Below, piece after piece: positions 7,869-17,658 of a stretch of DNA of 64,000 bases; the first letter of the stretch is position 1; every line of letters starts with the position of its first letter. Origin of the DNA: Candidatus Nomurabacteria bacterium GW2011_GWE2_34_25 (GTDB lineage Bacteria > Patescibacteriota > Minisyncoccia > Phycocordibacterales > UBA9973). The position numbers and the translations under genes are program-made. The stretch covers positions 17,161 through 81,160 of the forward strand of contig LBPS01000005.1 in the NCBI GenBank assembly GCA_000990325.1, read 5' to 3'. Below the pieces are notes generated by a model. That model had not been told where the DNA came from, ran no database searches, and worked only from the letters and a program-made list of their open reading frames with translations.

Positions 7869-8367
7869 ATTCTTTTTCGGTTTCTTCATCTATTTTGTCT
7901 GTCACTATAATTATAAGTTCAGTGGAGAGATTTAAATCCTTTTTTATATTTGTAAAGAGATGTTCGAAAGGGTACATAGATATCCAGACAGAATTTTTCA
8001 AGCAGGCGAAGCCTGCTTTCTTAAGCAAGTAACGAAGTGCTTCACGTTCGCTCTTTCTATCCTCAGGCATATCAAGTAGAATTATTCTCCAAAATCCGTC
8101 CCAGGTATTGCTAATAAGAGCATTCTCACATTCAAGCTTCAAACTATTTGCTCGTTTTTTACCTTCTTTTGTGAGCTTTGTATATTGATTTTGCCCTGAA
8201 TATATACTTTCTATCAATCCTGCATCCTTTAGACCCTTTATAGAACGATTTAAGGCATATTGGCTATCCTTATCAAGGACTATCTTTTTTTCTAGTTCTC
8301 CAGCAGATATTGCTGGTTTTTCTGATAGGATTTTTATAATTTTCTTTGAAAAATCACGCTTTTTCAT
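7846..8367 (-). CDS. PaaX-like winged-helix transcriptional regulator
   Basis: C-terminal TWDGFWRIILLDMPEDRKSEREALRYLLKKAGFACLKNSVWISMYP matches the PaaX C-terminal domain pattern (WDGxW...PE...R..LR..L...GF..L.NSVW..P). It is divergent from dnaK. Confidence 0.55.
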   Translation of the reverse strand: MKKRDFSKKIIKILSEKPAISAGELEKKIVLDKDSQYALNRSIKGLKDAGLIESIYSGQNQYTKLTKEGKKRANSLKLECENALISNTWDGFWRIILLDMPEDRKSEREALRYLLKKAGFACLKNSVWISMYPFEHLFTNIKKDLNLSTELIIIVTDKIDEETEKEFISCIQK

Positions 8368-8405
8368 GGTATTGACAGTGTATCATATATGAATATAATA
8401 TTCAA

Positions 8406-8433
8406 CAAGTATTTAGCGGTCGCTAAATACTTG
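8406..8433. promoter_or_regulatory. 28-bp palindromic operator (13-nt arms) between the divergent regulator and dnaK
   Basis: CAAGTATTTAGCG-gt-CGCTAAATACTTG. It overlaps the -35 (TTGTCA 8431-8436) of a promoter with -10 TATAAT at 8453-8458 and a 16-nt spacer. Confidence 0.6.
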
Positions 8434-8485
8434 TCAAAAATTAAAGTTAGTATATAATGAGATAGTGTTTAAAAATAATTAACTT

Positions 8486-8555
8486 CGCAGAAATATTAAA
8501 ATTTTCACAGCTTTACCCTAAAGGGCTCCGACGCTGATAAAAATTTTAACATTTC
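8486..8555 (+). repeat. conserved upstream motif, copy 1 (upstream of dnaK)
   Basis: GCTTTACCC-loop-GGG...ACG...TTTnAACATTTnTnCTCCGTTA, enclosed by an inverted repeat gcagaaatattaaaattttcacag / ctgataaaaattttaacatttctgc. The second copy is at 38161-38233. Confidence 0.6.
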
Positions 8556-8594
8556 TGCTCCGTTAATAATATTATTAATTAATTATAAAAACAT

Positions 8595-10490
8595 ATGAGT
8601 AAAATTATAGGTATCGATTTGGGTACAACAAATAGTGCAGTGGCTATCATTGAAGGTGGTCAACCAAAAATTATTGAGAATATCGAGGGTGCTCGTACAA
8701 CTCCATCAGTGGTAGCAATTACCAAGAATGGTGATCGTATGGTGGGTCTTCTAGCGAAGCGTCAAGCAGTGACGAATCCTGAAAATACTGTTTACGGTAT
8801 TAAGAGATTCATTGGTCACATGTACGATGATCCAGAAATTCAGAAAGACGAGAAGACTATTCCTTACAAAATTCAGAAAGGAAGTACTGGTGGAGTAGAA
8901 ACAAAGATTGGAGATAGTTGGCTACGCCCAGAAGAGATTTCCGCTATGATTTTAAGTAAGATTAAGGCAGATGTAGAAGCAAAGCTCGGTGAGAAGATTA
9001 CTGAAGCAGTTATTACAGTTCCTGCATATTTCAACGATGCTCAGAGAAAGGCTACAAAAGACGCAGGGATCATCGCAGGACTTGATGTAAAACGTATTAT
9101 CAATGAACCTACTGCAGCTGCTCTTGCTTATGGATTTAATACAAAGAAAAATGAGAAGATTGTTGTCTACGACTTTGGAGGAGGTACGTTTGACGTGTCA
9201 GTTCTTGAAGTCGGCGATGATGTTATTGAAGTGAAGTCTACCGATGGCGATTCACACATGGGTGGTGAAGACATTGACCAGAAAATTGTGAAGTGGATTG
9301 CCGATGAATACAAGAAAGAATCAGGTATAGATGTTACTAAAGATATGCTCGCATTGCAACGTCTAAAGGAGGCTGCTGAGAAGACAAAGCATGAACTTTC
9401 AACAACAACAGATTCAGAAATAAATATTCCATTTATTACTTCAGATGCATCAGGACCAAAACATTTACTCTTGAAAATGTCTCGTGCGGTTCTAGAGTCT
9501 CTTGCAGAAGAGTATGTAACTCGTTCGATAGAAATTACAAAAAGAGCAGTTGAAGCTTCTCCATTTAAAATGGATGAAATTCATGAGATCATATTGGTTG
9601 GAGGTCAGACAAGAATGCCAAAGATTGTGGAAGAAGTAAAGAAATTGTTTGGTAAAGAACCAAATCGTTCAATCAATCCAGATGAAGTAGTAGCTCTCGG
9701 TGCTGCAGTACAAGCTGGAGTCCTACAGGGCGACGTACGCGACGTTCTTCTTCTAGACGTTATTCCACTATCTCTTGGAATAGAAACTCTTGGGAGGGTC
9801 GCCACAAAGCTCGTAGAACGCAACACAACCATACCTTCATCTAAGTCACAAATATTCTCAACTGCCGCAGACAATCAGACAAGCGTAGAAATACACATTA
9901 CTCAAGGTGAGCGTCCAATGGCAAGTGACAACAAGTCTCTCGGTAGATTTATCTTAGATGGTATTCCACCTTCACCACGAGGTATTCCTCAGGTGGAAGT
10001 TACCTTCGATGTAGATGCCAATGGAATCTTAAATGTGAAAGCCATGGACAAAGCTTCAGGCAAAGTTCAGTCAATTCGTATTGAAGCAAGTTCAGGACTT
10101 ACAGAAGCAGATATTAAAAAGATGCGAGATGAAGCAGAAGCTCATGCTGAAGAAGACGCTAAAAAGAAAGAATTAGCTGATCATAAGAATACAGCTGAAA
10201 TGATGATTTTCACAGCTGAGAAATCAGTCAAAGAATATGGCGACAAAGTTACTCCAGAAATAAAGACAGAAATAGAAAGTAAAATAACTGCGTTAAAAAC
10301 TGCAAAAGAAGGCAACGACATGGAAGCTATAAAGAAAGCAACAGAAGAACTTTCAAATGAAATGTCGAAAATTGGCGATAAGGCTCCAGAAGAGCAAGGC
10401 CCAGAAATAAGAGATGCGGAAACTACTGAAAGTAGTGCAGGTGCTGACAAAGGAAGTGCAGAAGTAAATGAAAATCCAGAACAGAAATAG
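8595..10490 (+). CDS. dnaK: molecular chaperone DnaK (Hsp70)
   Basis: [18 protein letters not shown], and 631 aa in length. Confidence 0.97.
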   Translation: MSKIIGIDLGTTNSAVAIIEGGQPKIIENIEGARTTPSVVAITKNGDRMVGLLAKRQAVTNPENTVYGIKRFIGHMYDDPEIQKDEKTIPYKIQKGSTGGVETKIGDSWLRPEEISAMILSKIKADVEAKLGEKITEAVITVPAYFNDAQRKATKDAGIIAGLDVKRIINEPTAAALAYGFNTKKNEKIVVYDFGGGTFDVSVLEVGDDVIEVKSTDGDSHMGGEDIDQKIVKWIADEYKKESGIDVTKDMLALQRLKEAAEKTKHELSTTTDSEINIPFITSDASGPKHLLLKMSRAVLESLAEEYVTRSIEITKRAVEASPFKMDEIHEIILVGGQTRMPKIVEEVKKLFGKEPNRSINPDEVVALGAAVQAGVLQGDVRDVLLLDVIPLSLGIETLGRVATKLVERNTTIPSSKSQIFSTAADNQTSVEIHITQGERPMASDNKSLGRFILDGIPPSPRGIPQVEVTFDVDANGILNVKAMDKASGKVQSIRIEASSGLTEADIKKMRDEAEAHAEEDAKKKELADHKNTAEMMIFTAEKSVKEYGDKVTPEIKTEIESKITALKTAKEGNDMEAIKKATEELSNEMSKIGDKAPEEQGPEIRDAETTESSAGADKGSAEVNENPEQK

Positions 10491-10514
10491 GAAATTGAAT
10501 AAATAAAAGACTTA

Positions 10515-10623
10515 CTGAAAACAGCTTCTCCTCTCGGGTCCGCATAATTTCTTGCTAGAAATTTGCTCATTGCTCGGCTCGTCAGCCTGCGCCGGCCCCT
10601 CGCTGAAAACTATTTTCATGCAG
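10515..10623 (+). ncRNA. conserved structured intergenic element, copy 1 (after dnaK)
   Basis: Core GGGTCCGCATAATTTCTTGCTAGAAATTTGCTCATTGCTC... ending CGCCGGCCCCT. The 40-nt core is identical to the copy at 49744-49783. Flanking terminal stems are complementary but differ in sequence between the two copies (covariation). Confidence 0.5.
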
Positions 10624-10651
10624 TCTTTGTATTTATGCTAATATATAAACT

Positions 10652-11740
10652 ATGCCCAAAGATTATTACAAAACATTAGGAGTAGATAAGAATGCTTCGA
10701 AGGAAGAGATTAAGAAAGCTTTCCATAAGCTGGCTCATGCTCATCATCCAGACAAGAATAAAGGTGATGATAAAAAGTTTAAGGAAATAAATGAAGCTTA
10801 TCAGGTTCTTTCGGATGACAAGAAGCGAGCTTCTTTCGATCAATTTGGTAATGCCGATGGACCTCAGGGCTTCGGTGGCGGAGGATTTGGGGGACAAGGA
10901 GGATTTGGAGGGTTTGATTTCACAGGGCAGAATGGTGGAGTGGAATTTGATATGGGTAACCTAGGAGATATCTTCGGAGACTTTTTCGGTGGGGGTATGG
11001 GACGTAGTCAAAAAGTTAAGAAAGGTAGAGACGTACAGACGGAAATAACCCTAACTTTCGAAGAAGCTATTTTTGGTGTAGATAAAAATATAAAAATAAA
11101 TAAGCAGTCAGTCTGTAGTATTTGTGGTGGTACAGGGGCGAAAGTTGGCACCAAAATGAATACTTGTAACACTTGCGATGGGCAAGGGCAAGTACGAGAG
11201 GTTCGTCGTTCTATACTTGGCAACTTTGCGACGACGAAAACTTGCGAGACTTGTTTTGGAAAAGGAAAAGTTCCTTCTGAAAAGTGTAGTAACTGTAAGG
11301 GTGCTGGTGTAGTAAGGAAAGATGAAGAAATAAGTCTAAATATTCCGTCAGGTATAAATAATGCTGAGACTCTTCGTGTACGTGGGAGGGGCGAAGCTAT
11401 ACAAGGAGGAGAGGCTGGGGATTTGTACGTGAAGCTCGATGTGAAGTCGCACCCTGTTTACACTCGTGAAGGGCAAAACTTAATGATGGATTTGAATATT
11501 AAACTCACAGATGCACTCCTCGGTATGACTTACAACTTGAAAACTCTTGATGGGAAGAACATGGAAGTGAAAATTCCTGAAGGTATAAACAATGGTGAGA
11601 TGCTTCGTGTAAAAGGTAAAGGTGTACCAACTACTCACGGCAAAGGCGATACCATCATCCGTATTCACGTAAACATGCCATCCAAACTTTCCCGCAAAGC
11701 AAAAGAGTCTATCGAAAAGCTAAAAGAAGAGGGAATCTAA
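10652..11740 (+). CDS. dnaJ: chaperone DnaJ (Hsp40)
   Basis: J-domain HPDKN, a G/F-rich linker, four CxxCxGxG zinc-finger repeats, and a C-terminal domain. Confidence 0.95.
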   Translation: MPKDYYKTLGVDKNASKEEIKKAFHKLAHAHHPDKNKGDDKKFKEINEAYQVLSDDKKRASFDQFGNADGPQGFGGGGFGGQGGFGGFDFTGQNGGVEFDMGNLGDIFGDFFGGGMGRSQKVKKGRDVQTEITLTFEEAIFGVDKNIKINKQSVCSICGGTGAKVGTKMNTCNTCDGQGQVREVRRSILGNFATTKTCETCFGKGKVPSEKCSNCKGAGVVRKDEEISLNIPSGINNAETLRVRGRGEAIQGGEAGDLYVKLDVKSHPVYTREGQNLMMDLNIKLTDALLGMTYNLKTLDGKNMEVKIPEGINNGEMLRVKGKGVPTTHGKGDTIIRIHVNMPSKLSRKAKESIEKLKEEGI

Positions 11741-11776
11741 CCAGATAGGGGTTAAACCCCTATCTGGTTTTTCTTT
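11741..11776 (+). terminator. rho-independent terminator after dnaJ
   Basis: ccagatagggg-ttaaa-cccctatctgg followed by tttttcttt. Confidence 0.85.
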
Positions 11777-11877
11777 ACAAATTCGCTCATTTTGTTATGA
11801 TATATTCTATTATTATGTTTATTACAGGCCTAAGTACTACGAGATATTTTCTGGTGCAGATGGTTTGGTAAAATGAA

Positions 11878-13263
11878 ATGACAAAACGTTCAATTACTTC
11901 TAAGAAACTTTGGAAGCTAGGGGTCAATGATTTCAACACTCAATATTTTGATTTTAATAAGGAGGGGGATCTAATTATAAAGGAGGGGCACAATATATAT
12001 AATGTTAAATATTTGGCCGAAAAATTTGGGACATCATTAGAAATATTGATGCCTTTTGTCATTGAAGAAAGACTGGAAGACTTCCTAGATCTTACAGCTG
12101 CACTTTCAAAGAAAGTAGGATACAAGGGTAAATTCTTCTACCACTATCCGATGAAAGTAAACCAGAGTAAGGAGATAGTCATGTCTATCGTCGGTGAAGG
12201 TGCTCACCTTGAGACTTCGTCTTACAACGAACTTTGGCTTGTGAAGAAGATGCTTGAACAAGAAACCTTCAATCCAAACATTCGTATTCTTTGCTCCGGA
12301 CCAAAAACTGATAAATATATAAATCTTATAGACGATCTTCAACACAAAGGAGTGAAGATCTTTCCACTTATTGAAGGCCCCAATGAGCTTAAGTTTTTAC
12401 AGTATTCTAAATACGATGTTGGCATAAGACTTGATATGCCTATCAAGGCAAGCTCGTACTGGAACAAGCCGATAGACCGCTTTGGATTCTCCTCTAAAGA
12501 AATTCTAGAAATGGGCTCATTTAAGAATCTAAAAATTCTTCACTATCACATAGGTTCACAGATTGAGAAGCTCTCAGATGTCTTGGGTCCTATAAAGTAT
12601 GCTCTTGATGTATTCTTTAAGCTTAAAGAGAAGAATCCATCACTTGATACTCTAGATATCGGTGGAGGTATGCCTATCCCTTACATGAGGACAAAGGGTT
12701 ACCCTGTCGATAAATTAATGGAGAAAATTTTGAAACTTATAAAAACAGAATCAGAAAAGAGGGAACTTCCTCATCCAAATCTAGTTTGTGAATGGGGTCG
12801 CTATATAGTAGCACCAGCTCAAATTTCAGTATTTAAAGTTATTGATACGAAAAGGATTTCAAATAAAAAGAGTCCAGCTAAGAAGTGGTACGTTATCGAT
12901 GGAAGCTTCATGAACGACCTGCTTGATACTTGGTCTATTGGTCAGAAGTGGGCTATTTCTCCGGTAAATAATAAAAGAGACGGAGAACTTACAGATGTAT
13001 GGCTAGCAGGCTCTTCGTGTGACTCAGATGATGTATATACAGGTATTGATGGTTCAGTAACTCTTCCGGATTATAATTCAAATAATGGCGACGGAGAGCC
13101 TATGTACATAGTAGTCTACGATACTGGAGCTTACCAGACTTCGCTTGCTGCTCAGCATTGTATGCTTTCCTCCCCAATGAAAATAGTAGCTGAGAACGGG
13201 CATATTGTAGTTGCTCGTAAGCATGAATCCCCTGAAGATATTGGGAAAAACTTTGGGTGGTAG
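11878..13263 (+). CDS. PLP-dependent Orn/DAP/Arg decarboxylase family protein (arginine decarboxylase-like)
   Basis: Alanine-racemase-fold decarboxylase motifs HIGSQ and DIGGGMP. Its position ahead of aguB/aguA suggests an ADC role. Confidence 0.6.
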   Translation: MTKRSITSKKLWKLGVNDFNTQYFDFNKEGDLIIKEGHNIYNVKYLAEKFGTSLEILMPFVIEERLEDFLDLTAALSKKVGYKGKFFYHYPMKVNQSKEIVMSIVGEGAHLETSSYNELWLVKKMLEQETFNPNIRILCSGPKTDKYINLIDDLQHKGVKIFPLIEGPNELKFLQYSKYDVGIRLDMPIKASSYWNKPIDRFGFSSKEILEMGSFKNLKILHYHIGSQIEKLSDVLGPIKYALDVFFKLKEKNPSLDTLDIGGGMPIPYMRTKGYPVDKLMEKILKLIKTESEKRELPHPNLVCEWGRYIVAPAQISVFKVIDTKRISNKKSPAKKWYVIDGSFMNDLLDTWSIGQKWAISPVNNKRDGELTDVWLAGSSCDSDDVYTGIDGSVTLPDYNSNNGDGEPMYIVVYDTGAYQTSLAAQHCMLSSPMKIVAENGHIVVARKHESPEDIGKNFGW

Positions 13264-13305
13264 TATAATACAATAATTAATAATTACTAATTAATAATTA
13301 AATTT

Positions 13306-14325
13306 ATGCAAAATACAAATTTACCTACATTAGAATTTATTCTAAAGAATTATAAGAACTTCAATTCTCGTGCTACCAAGGATGCAACTATTGCTTACTG
13401 GCGACACATAGAGCGCGGTGGCAAGATGTTCTGGGCTGTCGGAGGGGCTATGTCTTCAGCACAGATGGGTATTACTCTTGCTCCAGCTATTCGCGAAGGA
13501 CTTATCTCTGGTATGTCTGTAACAGGTGCAAACTTGGAAGAATCTCTCTTTCGTCTTGTTGCTCATAATTCTTATAAAGATTTCCCAGATTACAGATATT
13601 TCACAAAAGAAGATGATACAAAGATTCTAGAAGATCGTATGCGTCGTGTGACAGATACAAGTATTCCTGAAGATGAAGCTTTCCGAGTGGTAGAGAAGCA
13701 GATAGTTCCTGTATGGAAAGAAAATACAGCCAATGGAGTTCGCAAATTCTGGCATGAGTACTTTTATGATCTTATAAAGAATATCGACAAAGAAAAGCAT
13801 GAAGGTAGGGCAGATGAGTGCTGGCTTCTTGCGGCCGCCGAGAACAATATTCCTATAGTTGTTCCAGGACATGAGGATTCAACTTTTGGAAATATTTTTG
13901 CTTCATATGTAAAGACTGGTGAGTGTAGTCCTAATATCGTAAAGTCAGGTATTGAGTATATGGCAGAGTTTTATGATCAATATCAAGAACTTTCCAAGGG
14001 TGAAGGAGTTGGATTCTTCCAAATTGGTGGTGGTATTTCAGGAGATTTTCCAATCTGCGTAGTTCCATCTATAAAATATGACTTACAAAAAGAAGTAAAG
14101 CCATGGGCTTATTTCTGTCAGATTTCAGATTCGACTACTTCATATGGTTCATACTCAGGAGCAACTCCAAACGAGAAGATAACTTGGGACAAGCTTACTA
14201 AGGATACTCCAATGTTCGTGATAGAATCCGATGCCACTATCGTATCACCACTTATGCTTACTGCTCTTCTAGAATGTAAAGCAAATCCTGAAAAAGCAAA
14301 TGAATTGATTAAAAAATTAGCATAA
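13306..14325 (+). CDS. deoxyhypusine synthase-like protein (DHS/homospermidine synthase family)
   Basis: 339 aa. ...AVGGAMSSAQMGITLAPAIREGLISGMSVTGANLEE... resembles the DHS NAD-binding core. It is embedded in the polyamine cluster. Confidence 0.5.
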   Translation: MQNTNLPTLEFILKNYKNFNSRATKDATIAYWRHIERGGKMFWAVGGAMSSAQMGITLAPAIREGLISGMSVTGANLEESLFRLVAHNSYKDFPDYRYFTKEDDTKILEDRMRRVTDTSIPEDEAFRVVEKQIVPVWKENTANGVRKFWHEYFYDLIKNIDKEKHEGRADECWLLAAAENNIPIVVPGHEDSTFGNIFASYVKTGECSPNIVKSGIEYMAEFYDQYQELSKGEGVGFFQIGGGISGDFPICVVPSIKYDLQKEVKPWAYFCQISDSTTSYGSYSGATPNEKITWDKLTKDTPMFVIESDATIVSPLMLTALLECKANPEKANELIKKLA

Positions 14326-14345
14326 AGCTTCGCTTTTAAAATCAG

Positions 14346-15218
14346 ATGTTAAAGAAAAAATTAGTAAAAGTAGGATTGATACAAAGTAAGGTATCAAATG
14401 ATTTAAAATCAAATTTAGAGAAAACTTTAAAGATGGTAGAATCTGTTGCTAAGAAGGGTGCAGAGATTATTTGCCTTCAGGAGCTTTACAAAACTCCGTA
14501 CTTTCCAAACAAAAAAGGAGTAGATGTAGGTATTTTCACCGAGACTATTCCCGGAGAGTCCACTGAAGCATTTAAGAATATTTCTAAGAAGTATGGATGT
14601 TCTATAATTCTACCAATTTACGAGAAATCTAAGTCAGGTAAATTATTTAATACAGTAGTTGTCTTAAATGATAAGGGTGAACTCCAGCCAAGCTATCGCA
14701 AGATTCATATTCCTCATGACCCATCTTTTTATGAAAAAGATTATTTTGAGGAAGGGGACAATGGCTATCAACTTTTTAAACATAAAGATATCACTTTTGC
14801 AGTACTGATATGTTTTGACCAATGGTTTCCAGAGGCTGCTCGTATGGCTAAGCTCTCTGGTGCAGAAATAGTTTTCTACCCTACAGCTATAGGTACGATC
14901 ATAGGTGAGAAGCAAGTGGAAGGCGATTGGCACAATGCTTGGGAGACTGTCATGCGTGGGCATGCTATAGCCAATAGCTTCCCTGTGGTGGCAGTGAATA
15001 GAACGGGGGTTGAAGGTAAGTCGAAGTTCTGGGGTCAGTCTTTTATAACGGACGCTTTTGGAAAAGTTCTTAAGAGAGCAAGTAAAGACAATGACGAAGC
15101 TATCGTAGGGACCTTGGATTTATCCATGAATGATTATATATCTGAAAGTTGGGGCTTTTTAAGGAATCGCAGACCAGATACATACAAATTAATAACTGAT
15201 AAAAATATTAAGAAATAG
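14346..15218 (+). CDS. aguB: N-carbamoylputrescine amidase (carbon-nitrogen hydrolase family)
   Basis: Nitrilase-superfamily motifs IICLQEL and catalytic Cys in ICFDQWFPE. It is adjacent to aguA. Confidence 0.75.
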   Translation: MLKKKLVKVGLIQSKVSNDLKSNLEKTLKMVESVAKKGAEIICLQELYKTPYFPNKKGVDVGIFTETIPGESTEAFKNISKKYGCSIILPIYEKSKSGKLFNTVVVLNDKGELQPSYRKIHIPHDPSFYEKDYFEEGDNGYQLFKHKDITFAVLICFDQWFPEAARMAKLSGAEIVFYPTAIGTIIGEKQVEGDWHNAWETVMRGHAIANSFPVVAVNRTGVEGKSKFWGQSFITDAFGKVLKRASKDNDEAIVGTLDLSMNDYISESWGFLRNRRPDTYKLITDKNIKK

Positions 15219-16271
15219 ATGACAGAAACCCCGAAAGAATTAGGTTATAGTATGCCAGCAGAATGGGAAAAGCATTCAGCTGTTTGGCTTGCATGGCCGT
15301 ATGATGTTACGACTTTTCCAAACATTGTTCCAGATGTAGAAATTAGTTATTGTGAGATTATAAAGGCATTAGAAGGAAGTGAGAAGGTGAATTTAATAAT
15401 CCGCACAAGTGGAAAAGAAAGAATAGAAAAGATGCTTATAGATTCTGGTGCGGATATGAATAATATTGTTTTCTTTGAGGAGAATTATGGAGATGTCTGG
15501 ACTCGCGACTATGCTCCTATAACACTATTTAATAAAGAAAAGAATAATAAAGTTTATGTAAAGTGGAACTACAATGTTTATGGAAAGGGACACGAAGCAT
15601 ATTTTGCTGACTTAGTGAAGGATGATAAAGTTTTCAACAACATTATAGATGAATCAAAATACAAAGTTTACAGGCCTGAGGTAGTCCTCGAAGGTGGAGC
15701 CATAGAGAGTAATGGCCGTGGTACTCTTATGACGACAGAGCAATGCCTTCTTAATTTCAATAGGAATGGAGATTTCAGTAAGGAGCAATATGAAAAATAT
15801 TTAAAGGATTACTTAGGGGTAGAAAATATTATCTGGTTGAAGAATGGTATTATCAATGATCATACCGATGGGCACATAGACGAAGTGGCTCGTTTTGTTG
15901 CCCCAGATACGATAGTCTGTGCATATGAAGATGATATAAATGACCCTAATTTCCATATTTTAGATGATAATTTCAGTATTCTGACAAATGCTGTTGATAA
16001 AGATGGCAATAAATTTAAGGTTATAAAGCTCCCTATGCCTCATATGGATTATGACGATGGAGTGAAGGCTCCTGTGTCATATGCCAATTTTTATATTGGA
16101 AACTCTGTTGTATTAATGTCAGTTTTTAATGACGAGAATGATGAGAAAGCGAAAGGTATTATTCAGTCTTTGTTCCCAAATCATAAAATAATAGGTATTG
16201 ATTGCACTAAAATCATTTACGGGGGTGGAGCTATCCATTGCATGACAATGCAGGAATATTCAGATAGATAA
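15219..16271 (+). CDS. aguA: agmatine deiminase
   Basis: N-terminal MPAEWEKHSAVWLAWPY signature and C-terminal GGGAIHCMTMQ catalytic Cys. Confidence 0.8.
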   Translation: MTETPKELGYSMPAEWEKHSAVWLAWPYDVTTFPNIVPDVEISYCEIIKALEGSEKVNLIIRTSGKERIEKMLIDSGADMNNIVFFEENYGDVWTRDYAPITLFNKEKNNKVYVKWNYNVYGKGHEAYFADLVKDDKVFNNIIDESKYKVYRPEVVLEGGAIESNGRGTLMTTEQCLLNFNRNGDFSKEQYEKYLKDYLGVENIIWLKNGIINDHTDGHIDEVARFVAPDTIVCAYEDDINDPNFHILDDNFSILTNAVDKDGNKFKVIKLPMPHMDYDDGVKAPVSYANFYIGNSVVLMSVFNDENDEKAKGIIQSLFPNHKIIGIDCTKIIYGGGAIHCMTMQEYSDR

Positions 16272-16341
16272 TTATAATTTAGTCCTACATTCAATAAGTA
16301 ATTATTTATAATTTGTGATATAATATACTCACAATTAATTT

Positions 16342-16962
16342 ATGGATATAGATATCAGATTTTTACTAGGTATTGTTGCGGGAGTTATAGCTTTTTCTGC
16401 GTACATTATTTATATCATTTCTATCATACGCGGTGGATCAAAACCCAATAGGGCAACTTGGTGGATTTGGTCTTTTATGGGATTAGTTTTAGCTGTTAGT
16501 TACTATTTTTCAGGAGCAGGGAATACAATTTGGGTTCCAATTGTTGAATTTATTGGACCATTTTCTATTGCGATTCTTTCTATTAAATATGGTGAGGGTG
16601 GGCTTGAAAATAAAACAGATTTATATTGTATTTTTGGTGCAGTATTAAGTATTATACTTTGGATTATTTTTGATAATGCTGTTATTGCTTTAGTGACAAA
16701 TCTTATAACTGATACATTTGCAATAATTCCAACCATTAGAAAATCTTATAATAGACCAGAGGGAGAAGATTTTTCTGCTTGGTTTGGTACAGGATTAGCT
16801 GATACCATGAATTTATTTGCGGTTGAAAGAGGAACATTTGGAATATTGGTTTATCCTATATATATGCTTGTTTCTGATTTGATTATTATTATTATTTTAT
16901 TAATTAAGAAACCCAAGAAAGGTCTCTTTAACTTTTTACGTAAAGAAAATGGAAATATATAA
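16342..16962 (+). CDS. hypothetical multi-pass membrane protein
   Basis: 206 aa with 5-6 predicted TM helices. I recognise no family. Confidence 0.35.
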   Translation: MDIDIRFLLGIVAGVIAFSAYIIYIISIIRGGSKPNRATWWIWSFMGLVLAVSYYFSGAGNTIWVPIVEFIGPFSIAILSIKYGEGGLENKTDLYCIFGAVLSIILWIIFDNAVIALVTNLITDTFAIIPTIRKSYNRPEGEDFSAWFGTGLADTMNLFAVERGTFGILVYPIYMLVSDLIIIIILLIKKPKKGLFNFLRKENGNI

Positions 16963-17488
16963 AGGTGAAAGTAAGTTGCACGGTGTTGGATTGTTTGCTT
17001 TAAAAAACATAAAGAAAGGAAAGATTGTTTTAGTTGTAAAGGGGGAAAGAATAAAATTTTTAATTGATAGTGATGATCAGGCAAAAACTGCTGAATTAAA
17101 TTGGTTTGGATTTTCAAAGAACACTTGGATTGGTGTTAGTAATAATCTTTGTGATTTTATTAATCATTCTTGTAATCCTAATGTAGGAGTTAAAGGTCAG
17201 GTTACTCTTGTTGCCATAAGAGATATCAAGAAAGACGAAGAAATTACATTAGACTACTCTTTAAATGAAGCTGATATATTTTGGAACATGAAATGTAATT
17301 GTGGAGAGAAAAATTGTCGTAAGATTATAAAATCAATACAATTTATATCTAAAGAAAAATATAAAAAATATAAAAAATATATTCCTCAGTATTTTAAGAA
17401 TGTATTTTTAAATTTTAATATATTAAACTTTAAAAACATAGAAGAACTCAAAATTAAATGGGTGGATTTCTTAAAAAGTAATTTTTAG
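16949..17488 (+). CDS. SET-domain protein (putative protein lysine methyltransferase)
   Basis: FINHSCNPN (the NHSCxPN SET signature), ITLDYS (the ELTFDY-like motif), and a post-SET CNCGEKNC cysteine cluster. Confidence 0.7.
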   Translation: MEIYKGESKLHGVGLFALKNIKKGKIVLVVKGERIKFLIDSDDQAKTAELNWFGFSKNTWIGVSNNLCDFINHSCNPNVGVKGQVTLVAIRDIKKDEEITLDYSLNEADIFWNMKCNCGEKNCRKIIKSIQFISKEKYKKYKKYIPQYFKNVFLNFNILNFKNIEELKIKWVDFLKSNF

Positions 17489-17658
17489 TATATAATATAT
17501 TTATGATTGATAAAAAGTCTAAAATTTTTCTAGGAGTACTTTCTTTTCTTGCCATGATTTCAATAGTTGCTGTTTATTATAAATATGTAATTATTAAAGA
17601 TTTTAATATAATTATAGATGAAGCTGAATTCAATCAATCCCTATCTGAAGAATAATTT

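Noticed and set aside
9605-10570. Minus-strand ORFs (89 aa and 129 aa) within and after dnaK
   Set aside because: They are antisense to the highly conserved dnaK gene or run across the conserved intergenic element. They have no homology signal.
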